Origin: Chthoniobacteraceae bacterium
GTDB taxonomy: Bacteria > Verrucomicrobiota > Verrucomicrobiia > Chthoniobacterales > Chthoniobacteraceae
DNA: 64,000 bases
Reading direction: 5' to 3'
Assembly: GCA_037190965.1 (NCBI GenBank)
Contig: JBBCKI010000034.1
Location: forward strand, 32,001 to 96,000
Shown: positions 38,593 through 46,513 of the stretch, in pieces
Numbering within the stretch: the first letter of the stretch is position 1
How the letters are laid out: the number at the start of each line of letters is the position of its first letter
Program-made: the position numbers and the translations under genes
Notes under the pieces: model-generated
What the model was told of the DNA's origin: nothing
Seen by the model: the letters and a program-made list of their open reading frames with translations, nothing else
Database searches by the model: none

Positions 38593-40491
38593 ATGACCCA
38601 TCACAATCAGGTCACCTTCGACGCAGAGCAGCAGTGCTTCGTGCTCTCTCTTTCCGGTTTCGATCCGCTCAGATTCTCGCCCCGAGCCGAAATTGACGGC
38701 ACGGATGTAGGAGCGCTTGCATGGAAACCCTCCGGCGAGGACGGCGTTTTTCAGGCCGCGAATCCCGCTGGCGATTGGACTTATCGGATCCTCCATTCCG
38801 CTCAGGGCATCGGCTTCAGCCTTGAATGTCGGCTGTCCGCACGGACGGAGCCGGTCAGTGGGGTTGTCCTGAAGCCGTTGCAGATCGAATCCATCGAGGT
38901 GAACCATGTCCTGTGCCATGGGCGGGGGATGGGCCAGTGCGATAGCTATCCTGTTGAAGCAACGACCTCCGAGGCCATCAAAAGCATCTTTTACATCTCC
39001 CTTACCCGGGGTGAGAAAACCTTGCAGCTATCCCATCCACTGATCCAGGGAGATCTCTCCGGTTTTTCCGGCCGTATCGAGGGGAATCGTGTCGTAGGGC
39101 TGACTTCCGCCACCGTGATCGACCCGGTGTGCGGCGAGGCGCTGAGATCAGAGACGGTGACGGTTGCATCCGGCAAGGGGCATGAGCTGATGGAAGGCTG
39201 GGCGGCGATTCAGATCGGCGATCGCGAACCTCTTTCCATCCCGCAAAAGAGCGGGTGGAACAGTTGGGACTATTACCGCTGGACCATTACCGAAGAGGAG
39301 GTTCTCAAGAACGCCGAGTTCATCGCCGCCGATCCCATTCTTTCCCAGCATGTCGAGCGCATCGTGATCGATGATGGCTGGCAGTATTGCTACGGCGAAT
39401 GGGAGGCCAACAGCCTTTTCCCGTCGGGCATGGAGTCGCTGGCAAAGAAGATCAACAAGATGGGATTCACGGCGGGGCTTTGGATTGCGCCTACGTTGGT
39501 TGAGCCGCATTCCCGGATCGCACAGCTTGACCCTGACATGATGGCGATGGGCCTCTCCGGGCTTCCTTGCCTGGCATTTTCCTGCATGAGAAGAAATACG
39601 TTTCTTCTCGATCCGACCCGCCCCCGGGTCAAACAATGGTGGGACCAGCTCTTCCGCCGTTACGCGGGGTATGGCTTCCGCTATTTTAAACTCGATTTTC
39701 TGGGGGCCACCCTCGATGCGCCGCGTTTTTTCGCGCCGGTGCCCAAGGGCGAGATGATGCGGGAGATCCTCGAACCCATTCGCGCTGCGGTGGGGCAGGA
39801 GAGCCGTATTCTCGGCTGCAATTACCAGTTTCAGGGCGGTCGCGGCCTTGTGGACGAGGCCCGGATTTCCGCGGATATCCATGCCGATTGGGAGAGCGTC
39901 AAGATGAACGTCAACTCCATCGCCGCGCGCTACTGGGCGCACGGGCGGCTCTGGATCAATGATCCCGACTTTGCCGTCTGCCGGGGCGAGGAGACCTCCA
40001 ATGACCTCGATCTGCATCGCCTCAAGCCTTTGCTGGTCTTCGTCGAGCCACAGGAGAAGGATCCAAAGCACTTCTTCAGCAGCATCATTGATTTGAACCG
40101 GCGGGAAGCCGAAGTGCTCCTGAGCCTGGTGATCATTTCGGGCGGCGCGCTGAATCTTTCCGATAACCTCCCCAGGCTCAACGCCGACGGGCTCCGGCTC
40201 GCAAGAAAAGCCGTATGCGCCGAGAAAGGCGAGGCGGCGATTGCGCTCGACCTGTTCACGGCAAAATACCCTGCCTACTGGGCGCAGAAGCTCTCCTCGG
40301 GCCTGCATCGCCTCCTCATCATCAACTGGGGCGAAACAAGGCAGGAATACAGCGTCAACCTCGACACGCTCAACTTCCCCAAGGGCAACCTGACGGATTT
40401 CTGGTCGGAGCAGTCCTTGAAGGTTTCGGGAGGACACCTCTCGACAGTGCTTGAACCCCACTCCTGCCTCCTGGTTGAGGCAAAAAATTGA
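38593..40491 (+). CDS. GH36-like alpha-galactosidase / alpha-N-acetylgalactosaminidase (clan GH-D)
   Basis: GWNSW, IDDGWQ, FP.GM, GLWIAP, YFKLDF, RISAD and WINDPD. Confidence 0.85.
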   Translation: MTHHNQVTFDAEQQCFVLSLSGFDPLRFSPRAEIDGTDVGALAWKPSGEDGVFQAANPAGDWTYRILHSAQGIGFSLECRLSARTEPVSGVVLKPLQIESIEVNHVLCHGRGMGQCDSYPVEATTSEAIKSIFYISLTRGEKTLQLSHPLIQGDLSGFSGRIEGNRVVGLTSATVIDPVCGEALRSETVTVASGKGHELMEGWAAIQIGDREPLSIPQKSGWNSWDYYRWTITEEEVLKNAEFIAADPILSQHVERIVIDDGWQYCYGEWEANSLFPSGMESLAKKINKMGFTAGLWIAPTLVEPHSRIAQLDPDMMAMGLSGLPCLAFSCMRRNTFLLDPTRPRVKQWWDQLFRRYAGYGFRYFKLDFLGATLDAPRFFAPVPKGEMMREILEPIRAAVGQESRILGCNYQFQGGRGLVDEARISADIHADWESVKMNVNSIAARYWAHGRLWINDPDFAVCRGEETSNDLDLHRLKPLLVFVEPQEKDPKHFFSSIIDLNRREAEVLLSLVIISGGALNLSDNLPRLNADGLRLARKAVCAEKGEAAIALDLFTAKYPAYWAQKLSSGLHRLLIINWGETRQEYSVNLDTLNFPKGNLTDFWSEQSLKVSGGHLSTVLEPHSCLLVEAKN

Positions 40492-40512
40492 TCTTTCCGT
40501 TCACTTTTCATC

Positions 40513-42441
40513 ATGAACCCTGTCGTCTCCCATAAGGCCCAGAAGGGCCATAAAGGCCCTTCGGTCCGCTATGCCCTCGACTTTTCAACCGCCGCTTCCC
40601 TGGAAACGGGCCTGAAAGAGATTGTCGAACATCTTCCTGCCCGCTTCACCGATTCGGCGGAGGGGCACAAGATTTCCTTCCGCTTTGAGGAGGGGCTCGA
40701 CGGCTATCGTATTGTCCGATCGGAACAGTCCACGGAGATTTTCTATTCGCAGAAAAGCCTCGCCTTCCGCGCCCTCGCCGTTGCGACGGGCCGGGATGCA
40801 AAGCCCGGGACCGTCGAGGAGCGCCGGGCGTTTTCGGAGCTGGGCGTCATGCTCGACGTTTCCCGCAATGCGGTTTTCACCGTCGAAGCCGTCAAACGGA
40901 TGTTCCGGTACCTGGCGCTCATGGGTTACAACACCGTGCAGCTTTACACGGAGGATGTCTATGAGATCGATGGCGAGCCGCTCTTTGGTTACTTTCGAGG
41001 CCGTTACCGGGCCGGGGAATTGAAGGAGATCGATGACTATGGAGATGTCTTCGGCATTGAAGTCATCCCCTGCATCCAGACGCTGGGGCATCTGGAGCAG
41101 ATCCTGCAATGGCCTGCCTATTCGGCGATCATCGATTCACCGGGGGTTCTGCTGGCGGGAGATCCTGCAACCTATCAGTTGATCGGGAAGATGCTCGACG
41201 CCGTCTCTTCGGCGTTCCGGAGCCGCCGGGTGCATATCGGCATGGATGAAGCGCACGGAATCGCCCTTGGGCGCTATCGCAAGCTGCATGGCGATGTCCG
41301 CCCTTTTGATGTGCTCAACGAGCACTTGAAGAAGGTCGCCGCCCTTTGCGACGACCGGGGGCTAAAGCCGATGATCTGGAGCGATATGTATTTCCGCCTC
41401 GGCTCCGCGCACAACGACTACTATGACAAGGAAACGGTCATTCCCGAATCCATCGTCGCGGAGATTCCCGCCGGGGTCGAGCTCGTGTATTGGGATTACT
41501 ATCACGATGATCCCGCGTTTTATACCGACTGGATCGCGCGGCATCGGAATTGCCTTGGCAAAGAGCCGATTCTGGCGGCGGGCGGGTGGACCTGGAATAG
41601 AATGTGGACCCACTACGGCCTGCTTGAGGCAACCGTCTCCGCAGGGATGAAGAGCGCGAGGGAGGCAGGTCTCGGCAGGGCTTTCCTGACCATTTGGGGC
41701 GACGACGGCAACGAGTGCGATCCTTTCGCGATGATGTCGGCGATCCAGTATTTTGCCGAGCATGCTTTCTCTTCGGAGGTAAATGCCGATCTTCTTGCCC
41801 GGCGTTTTGAAAGCGCCTGCGAGGAGAACTTCGAATGGGTGCGCCTGGGTGGCGCTCTGGACATCGTGGAATCCCTCGCGCCGCCGCACGATAACTATTC
41901 CAATTTCAGCAAGTGGCTCCTGTGGCACGATCCGCTGCTCAACTTCCTGGAAAAGCTGATTCCGTCGATTCTCCCGGCTCATTACCGGGAGCTGGCCGCG
42001 AAATTCAGGAGCTACTGCCCGAATGAGAAGACAGCCATCCATCTCGCCTTTGCCACGCAACTGGCCGACACGATGGCTCTCAAAACCCGCCTGCATCTTG
42101 AGGTGCGGCCTGCCTATCGTGAAGGAGATCACAAAACCCTGCGGACTCTCGCCGGGCTGGTCACCGAGACCATCGAGTCCTTCCAGAAGCTTCAGGAGCT
42201 TCATTGCACGATCTGGCATGAATGGCGGAAGCCTTTCGGCTGGGACACGATCGAGCGGCGTTATGCCAGCGTGATCTCCCGCCTCGGAAGCCTGCAAAAG
42301 GCGTTGAAGCGCCACCTGGCCAATCCCGCAAGCCGGATTGCCGAGCTCGATGAGGAACCATGCAAGATCGGCGGGGCTGAGCACCTGCATCATCATCACT
42401 TCACCTACGCAAGGGCCTGTTCCGCAAGCACTCTCCTGTGA
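40513..42441 (+). CDS. GH20 beta-N-acetylhexosaminidase (GcnA-like)
   Basis: MLDVSRNAV, LYTED, IQTLGHL, catalytic HIGMDEA, WSDM, YWDYY and WGDDG. Confidence 0.9.
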   Translation: MNPVVSHKAQKGHKGPSVRYALDFSTAASLETGLKEIVEHLPARFTDSAEGHKISFRFEEGLDGYRIVRSEQSTEIFYSQKSLAFRALAVATGRDAKPGTVEERRAFSELGVMLDVSRNAVFTVEAVKRMFRYLALMGYNTVQLYTEDVYEIDGEPLFGYFRGRYRAGELKEIDDYGDVFGIEVIPCIQTLGHLEQILQWPAYSAIIDSPGVLLAGDPATYQLIGKMLDAVSSAFRSRRVHIGMDEAHGIALGRYRKLHGDVRPFDVLNEHLKKVAALCDDRGLKPMIWSDMYFRLGSAHNDYYDKETVIPESIVAEIPAGVELVYWDYYHDDPAFYTDWIARHRNCLGKEPILAAGGWTWNRMWTHYGLLEATVSAGMKSAREAGLGRAFLTIWGDDGNECDPFAMMSAIQYFAEHAFSSEVNADLLARRFESACEENFEWVRLGGALDIVESLAPPHDNYSNFSKWLLWHDPLLNFLEKLIPSILPAHYRELAAKFRSYCPNEKTAIHLAFATQLADTMALKTRLHLEVRPAYREGDHKTLRTLAGLVTETIESFQKLQELHCTIWHEWRKPFGWDTIERRYASVISRLGSLQKALKRHLANPASRIAELDEEPCKIGGAEHLHHHHFTYARACSASTLL

Positions 42442-44138
42442 GCCTATTCTCTCCCATCTCCAATCGTTCCGCCTCGACCAGGGCCCTTTACCTGGCGGTT
42501 TACCTCTTATTGACCGCCGGGGCGTTGACGATGGTGGTCCCGCTGATGATCACCTTGTCGGGCGCGATGTCGGGCCCTTACGAGTCGGCGTCGATTTCCC
42601 TCTACCCGCGTTTTATCTTTAGCGAAAGCGCCCTTTGGAACCGGTACCTGGAGGCCAGGTATGGCGGGGCGATCGAGAACTTCAAGATGTCATGGGGGAT
42701 GGATAGTCTCGATTTTTTCGAGACGCCGCCCGTCCCGCCGCAGGATGACAAGGCAGTTGCGCTCTGGAAGGAATTCAGGGCTGAGAAAGGACCGTTGAGT
42801 CCGCATTTCGCCGGTTTGGCGCAAACACGCTGGTCCAACCAGAATGCTTCGCTGGAGAACGTCCTCTTTCGCAAATGGTTGCTCGGTCGCCACGGGAACG
42901 ATCTGGCGAAGCTCAATGAAGCGCTGTTCGTCGATTTCCCCAACGGCTTTGCCATCGTTCCTCCGCCGCAGAACCGGTTGGTGCTACTCGATCCCGACGG
43001 CCCTTACTTTCAGACCTTCAATGAGTATCTCCTCACGGTTCACGAAGATCGCCGGATGCCGTGGAATGCCGGGAATTTCTATCGCGCCGTGTTTCTCCCG
43101 AGGATCTACGGCAGCAGCATCGAGAAATATAATGCCGAGTTGGGAACGGCCTATGGCAGTTTTGCGGAGGTTCCCTTTCCTTCGGAAGTTTCCGAAGGCG
43201 ATGGAGGCCCGTGGTTGAAGTTTTTGAAACGGGTCTTGAACCCGGCGTTCATCGAGTTTACCCCGGCCGGGGAGGCCGCCTGGAAAGCCAGCGGGTTTAA
43301 CAAGGTGGATTTCGTGAAGATGAACGCCGAGGCGGCGCATCTGCGTGTCGTGAGCGTGGATACGGAATTCGCCCGGTGGGCGGCGGAGCGGGGGATCCCC
43401 GACGCGCGCATTCCCCAGCCGCAACTGGACTGGGCGACCTTCAAGGCCGAGAAGAGCTTCTGGCGCTGGCAATTTGCGACGCAGAATTTTTCGCAGGTCA
43501 TCGAAGAGGTGCTCGTGCAGAGCAACGGCGCCCGCAATACCTTGATCCTGATTGTCCTGAGCGTGGGCGGCGCGCTGACCGTCAACCCGATGGCGGCGTA
43601 TGCGCTTTCCCGCTTCAAGCTCAAGCAAAGCTATCAGGTCCTCCTCTTCTTTCTTGCCACGATCGCCTTTCCCGGCGAGGTGGCGATGATCCCCAACTTC
43701 CTTCAGATCAAGGAGCTCGGGATGATCAATACCTTCTGGGCGTTGACGATCCCCGGGCTGGTCAGCGGCTTCTCGATCTTTCTCTTGAAAGGGTTTTTCG
43801 ACAGCCTACCCAAAGAGCTCTATGAAGCCGCCGACATCGACGGTGCCAGCGAATGGCAGATCTTCTGGGGCATCACGATGAATCTCTCCAAGCCGATCCT
43901 GGCGGTCATTGCGCTCGGTGCCTTTACCGCAGCGTATGGGGCGTTCATGTTCGCGTTGATTCTCGCTCCCGATCCCGACATGTGGACCATCATGGTCTGG
44001 ATTTATCAGCTCCAACAGGGCGCAGGCCCCGGCATCATCTACGCCTCCATCCTTATCACCGCGTTCCCAATGCTTATCGTCTATGTCTGCGCGCAGAACG
44101 TGATCATGCGGGGCATCATCGTCCCTTCTGAAAAATGA
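42438..44138 (+). CDS. Carbohydrate ABC transporter permease (MalG-like) with a large extracytoplasmic insertion
   Basis: AAYALSRF; EAA loop LPKELYEAADIDGAS; soluble insert of about 300 aa after TM1. Confidence 0.88.
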   Translation: MSLFSPISNRSASTRALYLAVYLLLTAGALTMVVPLMITLSGAMSGPYESASISLYPRFIFSESALWNRYLEARYGGAIENFKMSWGMDSLDFFETPPVPPQDDKAVALWKEFRAEKGPLSPHFAGLAQTRWSNQNASLENVLFRKWLLGRHGNDLAKLNEALFVDFPNGFAIVPPPQNRLVLLDPDGPYFQTFNEYLLTVHEDRRMPWNAGNFYRAVFLPRIYGSSIEKYNAELGTAYGSFAEVPFPSEVSEGDGGPWLKFLKRVLNPAFIEFTPAGEAAWKASGFNKVDFVKMNAEAAHLRVVSVDTEFARWAAERGIPDARIPQPQLDWATFKAEKSFWRWQFATQNFSQVIEEVLVQSNGARNTLILIVLSVGGALTVNPMAAYALSRFKLKQSYQVLLFFLATIAFPGEVAMIPNFLQIKELGMINTFWALTIPGLVSGFSIFLLKGFFDSLPKELYEAADIDGASEWQIFWGITMNLSKPILAVIALGAFTAAYGAFMFALILAPDPDMWTIMVWIYQLQQGAGPGIIYASILITAFPMLIVYVCAQNVIMRGIIVPSEK

Positions 44139-46504
44139 GAAAACTGGGTCTGTTTTTGCTTTTGAGTGTCTTTCTGGGACACATGGCCTCCGGTTCCGAG
44201 AAGATCGTTCTCCGGGTCGCCGGGCTCACCGCCGGCAGTTCGGCTTCGCCCTCTGGCGTGGCTGACAACCGGGTCATGGCGGAATTCAAACGGCGCAATC
44301 CCGATATCGACCTACGGCCTGCCACGGGCTTGAAAATCGAGAGCGTCGGCGATGAAGTCCTTCCGCTCATGATGATTGCGGGCGGTATTTCGCCGGACAT
44401 TCTTAATGTCAATTTCCGCCGGATCGATAGCTATGTCCGGCAAGGGTTCCTCTATCCGCTTGACGAGTTTATCGCCGCCGAGGAAGCCAGGGATCCGTCG
44501 TGGAGACGCAACCGCATTCTTCCCCAGATTGAGCAGGTGGTCGTGCGTCCCTCGCGGGATGGAAACCGCCACAGTTATGCAATCCCGATGAACTACGGTG
44601 TAATGGGGCTCTATTATAACCGGCCGCTCTTCCGCGAGGTGGGGCTCCCGGAGAGAGCGCCCAAGGATTGGGATGAGATGGTGGAGTTCGCCAAAAAGAT
44701 CAACGACGCCGATCCGCGCAACAAAGGACTCATCCTCAATAGTGGCCAGCAGTCTTCATGGAACCTGATGAACTTCCTCTGGTCCACCGGGGGAGAAGCC
44801 GTCGAGGAAGTCGCGCCCAACGATTGGCGTGCCACGTTCAACTCCGACGCGGCGGTGGAAGCTTTTGAGTTCTACTACAGGCTGACCGAAGGCGAGAAGA
44901 TCGCCACCCGTGGAGATATCGGCCAGATGACCGCGGGCGGCAACGCGCGCCGTGTCGGGATGCAGTTTAGCTATATCGGCACCCAGGGGCGAATGGACCC
45001 GAGCATCTGGGGGTTCGGAGCGGTTCCCCTCGGGCCAACAGGATTGCGCGGCGCGGAGATCAACGCCTCGATGCTCGGCATTTTTGCCGGGGTGAAGGAT
45101 CCCAAGGTCCGCGATGCCGCCTGGCGGTATATCGAGTTCATGGGGAGCGACGTGGCCAACAAGATCCGCACGGACACCCTGGTGGAAATGGGTCAGGTCA
45201 ACCAGATCAACCCGGTGACCCTGCGCAAGTTCGGGTACACTTCCTTCCTTGGCCTCTCCGAGCCCGGTCTTGAAGAGGAGTTCAAGCTGGCCATGGAGAC
45301 CGCCAAGCCCGAGCCGTTCGGCAAGAACTGCAACCTCGTCTATATCGAGATGACCTATCCGCTCGATCAGATTCTCCTGAGCGGAAAGATTGCCAGCCTC
45401 TGGAAGAGCGGCAAACGGGAAGAAGTCCGCGCGGAGATAAAGCGCATTCTGAACGACGCGGTCGCCATCACCAACGAGCGGATGCTAGGCATGATCGCAC
45501 CGGAGGAGATGCAACAGCGCCGCATCGTGGCATGGATCGCGGTGGCTTGCATTGTCGCGGCCTTTGCCTACGTGGGGCGCATGATCTTCAAGACGTTCTC
45601 TGAAGTCGGCCAGGCGACGAGCCGTGTTCGCGGGATTCAGAAGTACTATGCATGGGGGCTTCTGGCGATCCCCATCGCGCTGACTCTTGCCTGGAGTTAC
45701 CTTCCGGTCATCCGGGGAGCGGGCATGGCGGTGCTCGACTACCAGCTTCTCCTGAAGTCGTCGTATGTCGGCATCGATAACTTTGCCAACGTGCTGTACG
45801 ATCTTCGGTTCTGGAAGTCGCTTCTGGCCACCGTGCATTTCGCCTTCTGGTTGCTGACGCTGGGATTCTTTGCGCCCATCCTGCTGGCATATCTGCTGCA
45901 TATCGCGCCGAAGCAGAAGTTGCTCTTCCGCACGCTATACTACCTTCCATCCCTTCTTTCCGGGGCGGCGTTGTACGTGCTTTGGAAGCAGTTCTTTTCC
46001 CGGAACGGGATGGTAAACGAATTGCTCGCGCTGGTGGGAATCAATGTCCAGCGGGCCTGGCCGGACGATCCGGTCCTCGCCATGCTCTCCTGCGTGATCC
46101 CTACCGTCTGGGCGGCCTCCGGCCCGGGGTGTCTGATCTATCTTGCCGCGTTGAAGACCATCCCGGAGGAGCAGTTCGAAGCCGCCGAAATTGACGGAGC
46201 CAGTTTTCTCAGCAAGACGATGCATATCGTCTTCCCGGGGTTGAAACCGCTGATCATCATCAACTTCGTGGGGGCGGTGGCCGGGGCTTTTCACTCTTCG
46301 CAGAATATCCTGATCATGACGGGCGGCGGCCCGAACGGCGCGACAGAGGTGGCTTCGCTGCGTCTCTTTTACGAGGCATTCATGTTCCTGAACTTCGGCC
46401 CGGCAACCGCCATGGCGTGGATCCTGGGGGCCATGCTGATCGGCTTTACCTTGATTCAGCTCCGTCGCCTTAGCAGGATGGAGTTCAAGGGAACGGGAAG
46501 TTAG
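44135..46504 (+). CDS. Fusion of extracellular sugar-binding protein and ABC permease (MalF-like)
   Basis: Signal peptide; SBP family-1 motifs (YAIP...GLYYN..LF...G...PKDWDEM); C-terminal permease YVGIDNF and LKTIPEEQFEAAEIDGA. Confidence 0.9.
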   Translation: MRKLGLFLLLSVFLGHMASGSEKIVLRVAGLTAGSSASPSGVADNRVMAEFKRRNPDIDLRPATGLKIESVGDEVLPLMMIAGGISPDILNVNFRRIDSYVRQGFLYPLDEFIAAEEARDPSWRRNRILPQIEQVVVRPSRDGNRHSYAIPMNYGVMGLYYNRPLFREVGLPERAPKDWDEMVEFAKKINDADPRNKGLILNSGQQSSWNLMNFLWSTGGEAVEEVAPNDWRATFNSDAAVEAFEFYYRLTEGEKIATRGDIGQMTAGGNARRVGMQFSYIGTQGRMDPSIWGFGAVPLGPTGLRGAEINASMLGIFAGVKDPKVRDAAWRYIEFMGSDVANKIRTDTLVEMGQVNQINPVTLRKFGYTSFLGLSEPGLEEEFKLAMETAKPEPFGKNCNLVYIEMTYPLDQILLSGKIASLWKSGKREEVRAEIKRILNDAVAITNERMLGMIAPEEMQQRRIVAWIAVACIVAAFAYVGRMIFKTFSEVGQATSRVRGIQKYYAWGLLAIPIALTLAWSYLPVIRGAGMAVLDYQLLLKSSYVGIDNFANVLYDLRFWKSLLATVHFAFWLLTLGFFAPILLAYLLHIAPKQKLLFRTLYYLPSLLSGAALYVLWKQFFSRNGMVNELLALVGINVQRAWPDDPVLAMLSCVIPTVWAASGPGCLIYLAALKTIPEEQFEAAEIDGASFLSKTMHIVFPGLKPLIIINFVGAVAGAFHSSQNILIMTGGGPNGATEVASLRLFYEAFMFLNFGPATAMAWILGAMLIGFTLIQLRRLSRMEFKGTGS

Positions 46505-46513
46505 GCTTTTATC

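Noticed and set aside
42385..42399. His-rich stretch HLHHHH at the GH20 C-terminus
   Set aside because: Short, mixed codons and no vector context; no evidence of a tag or metal site
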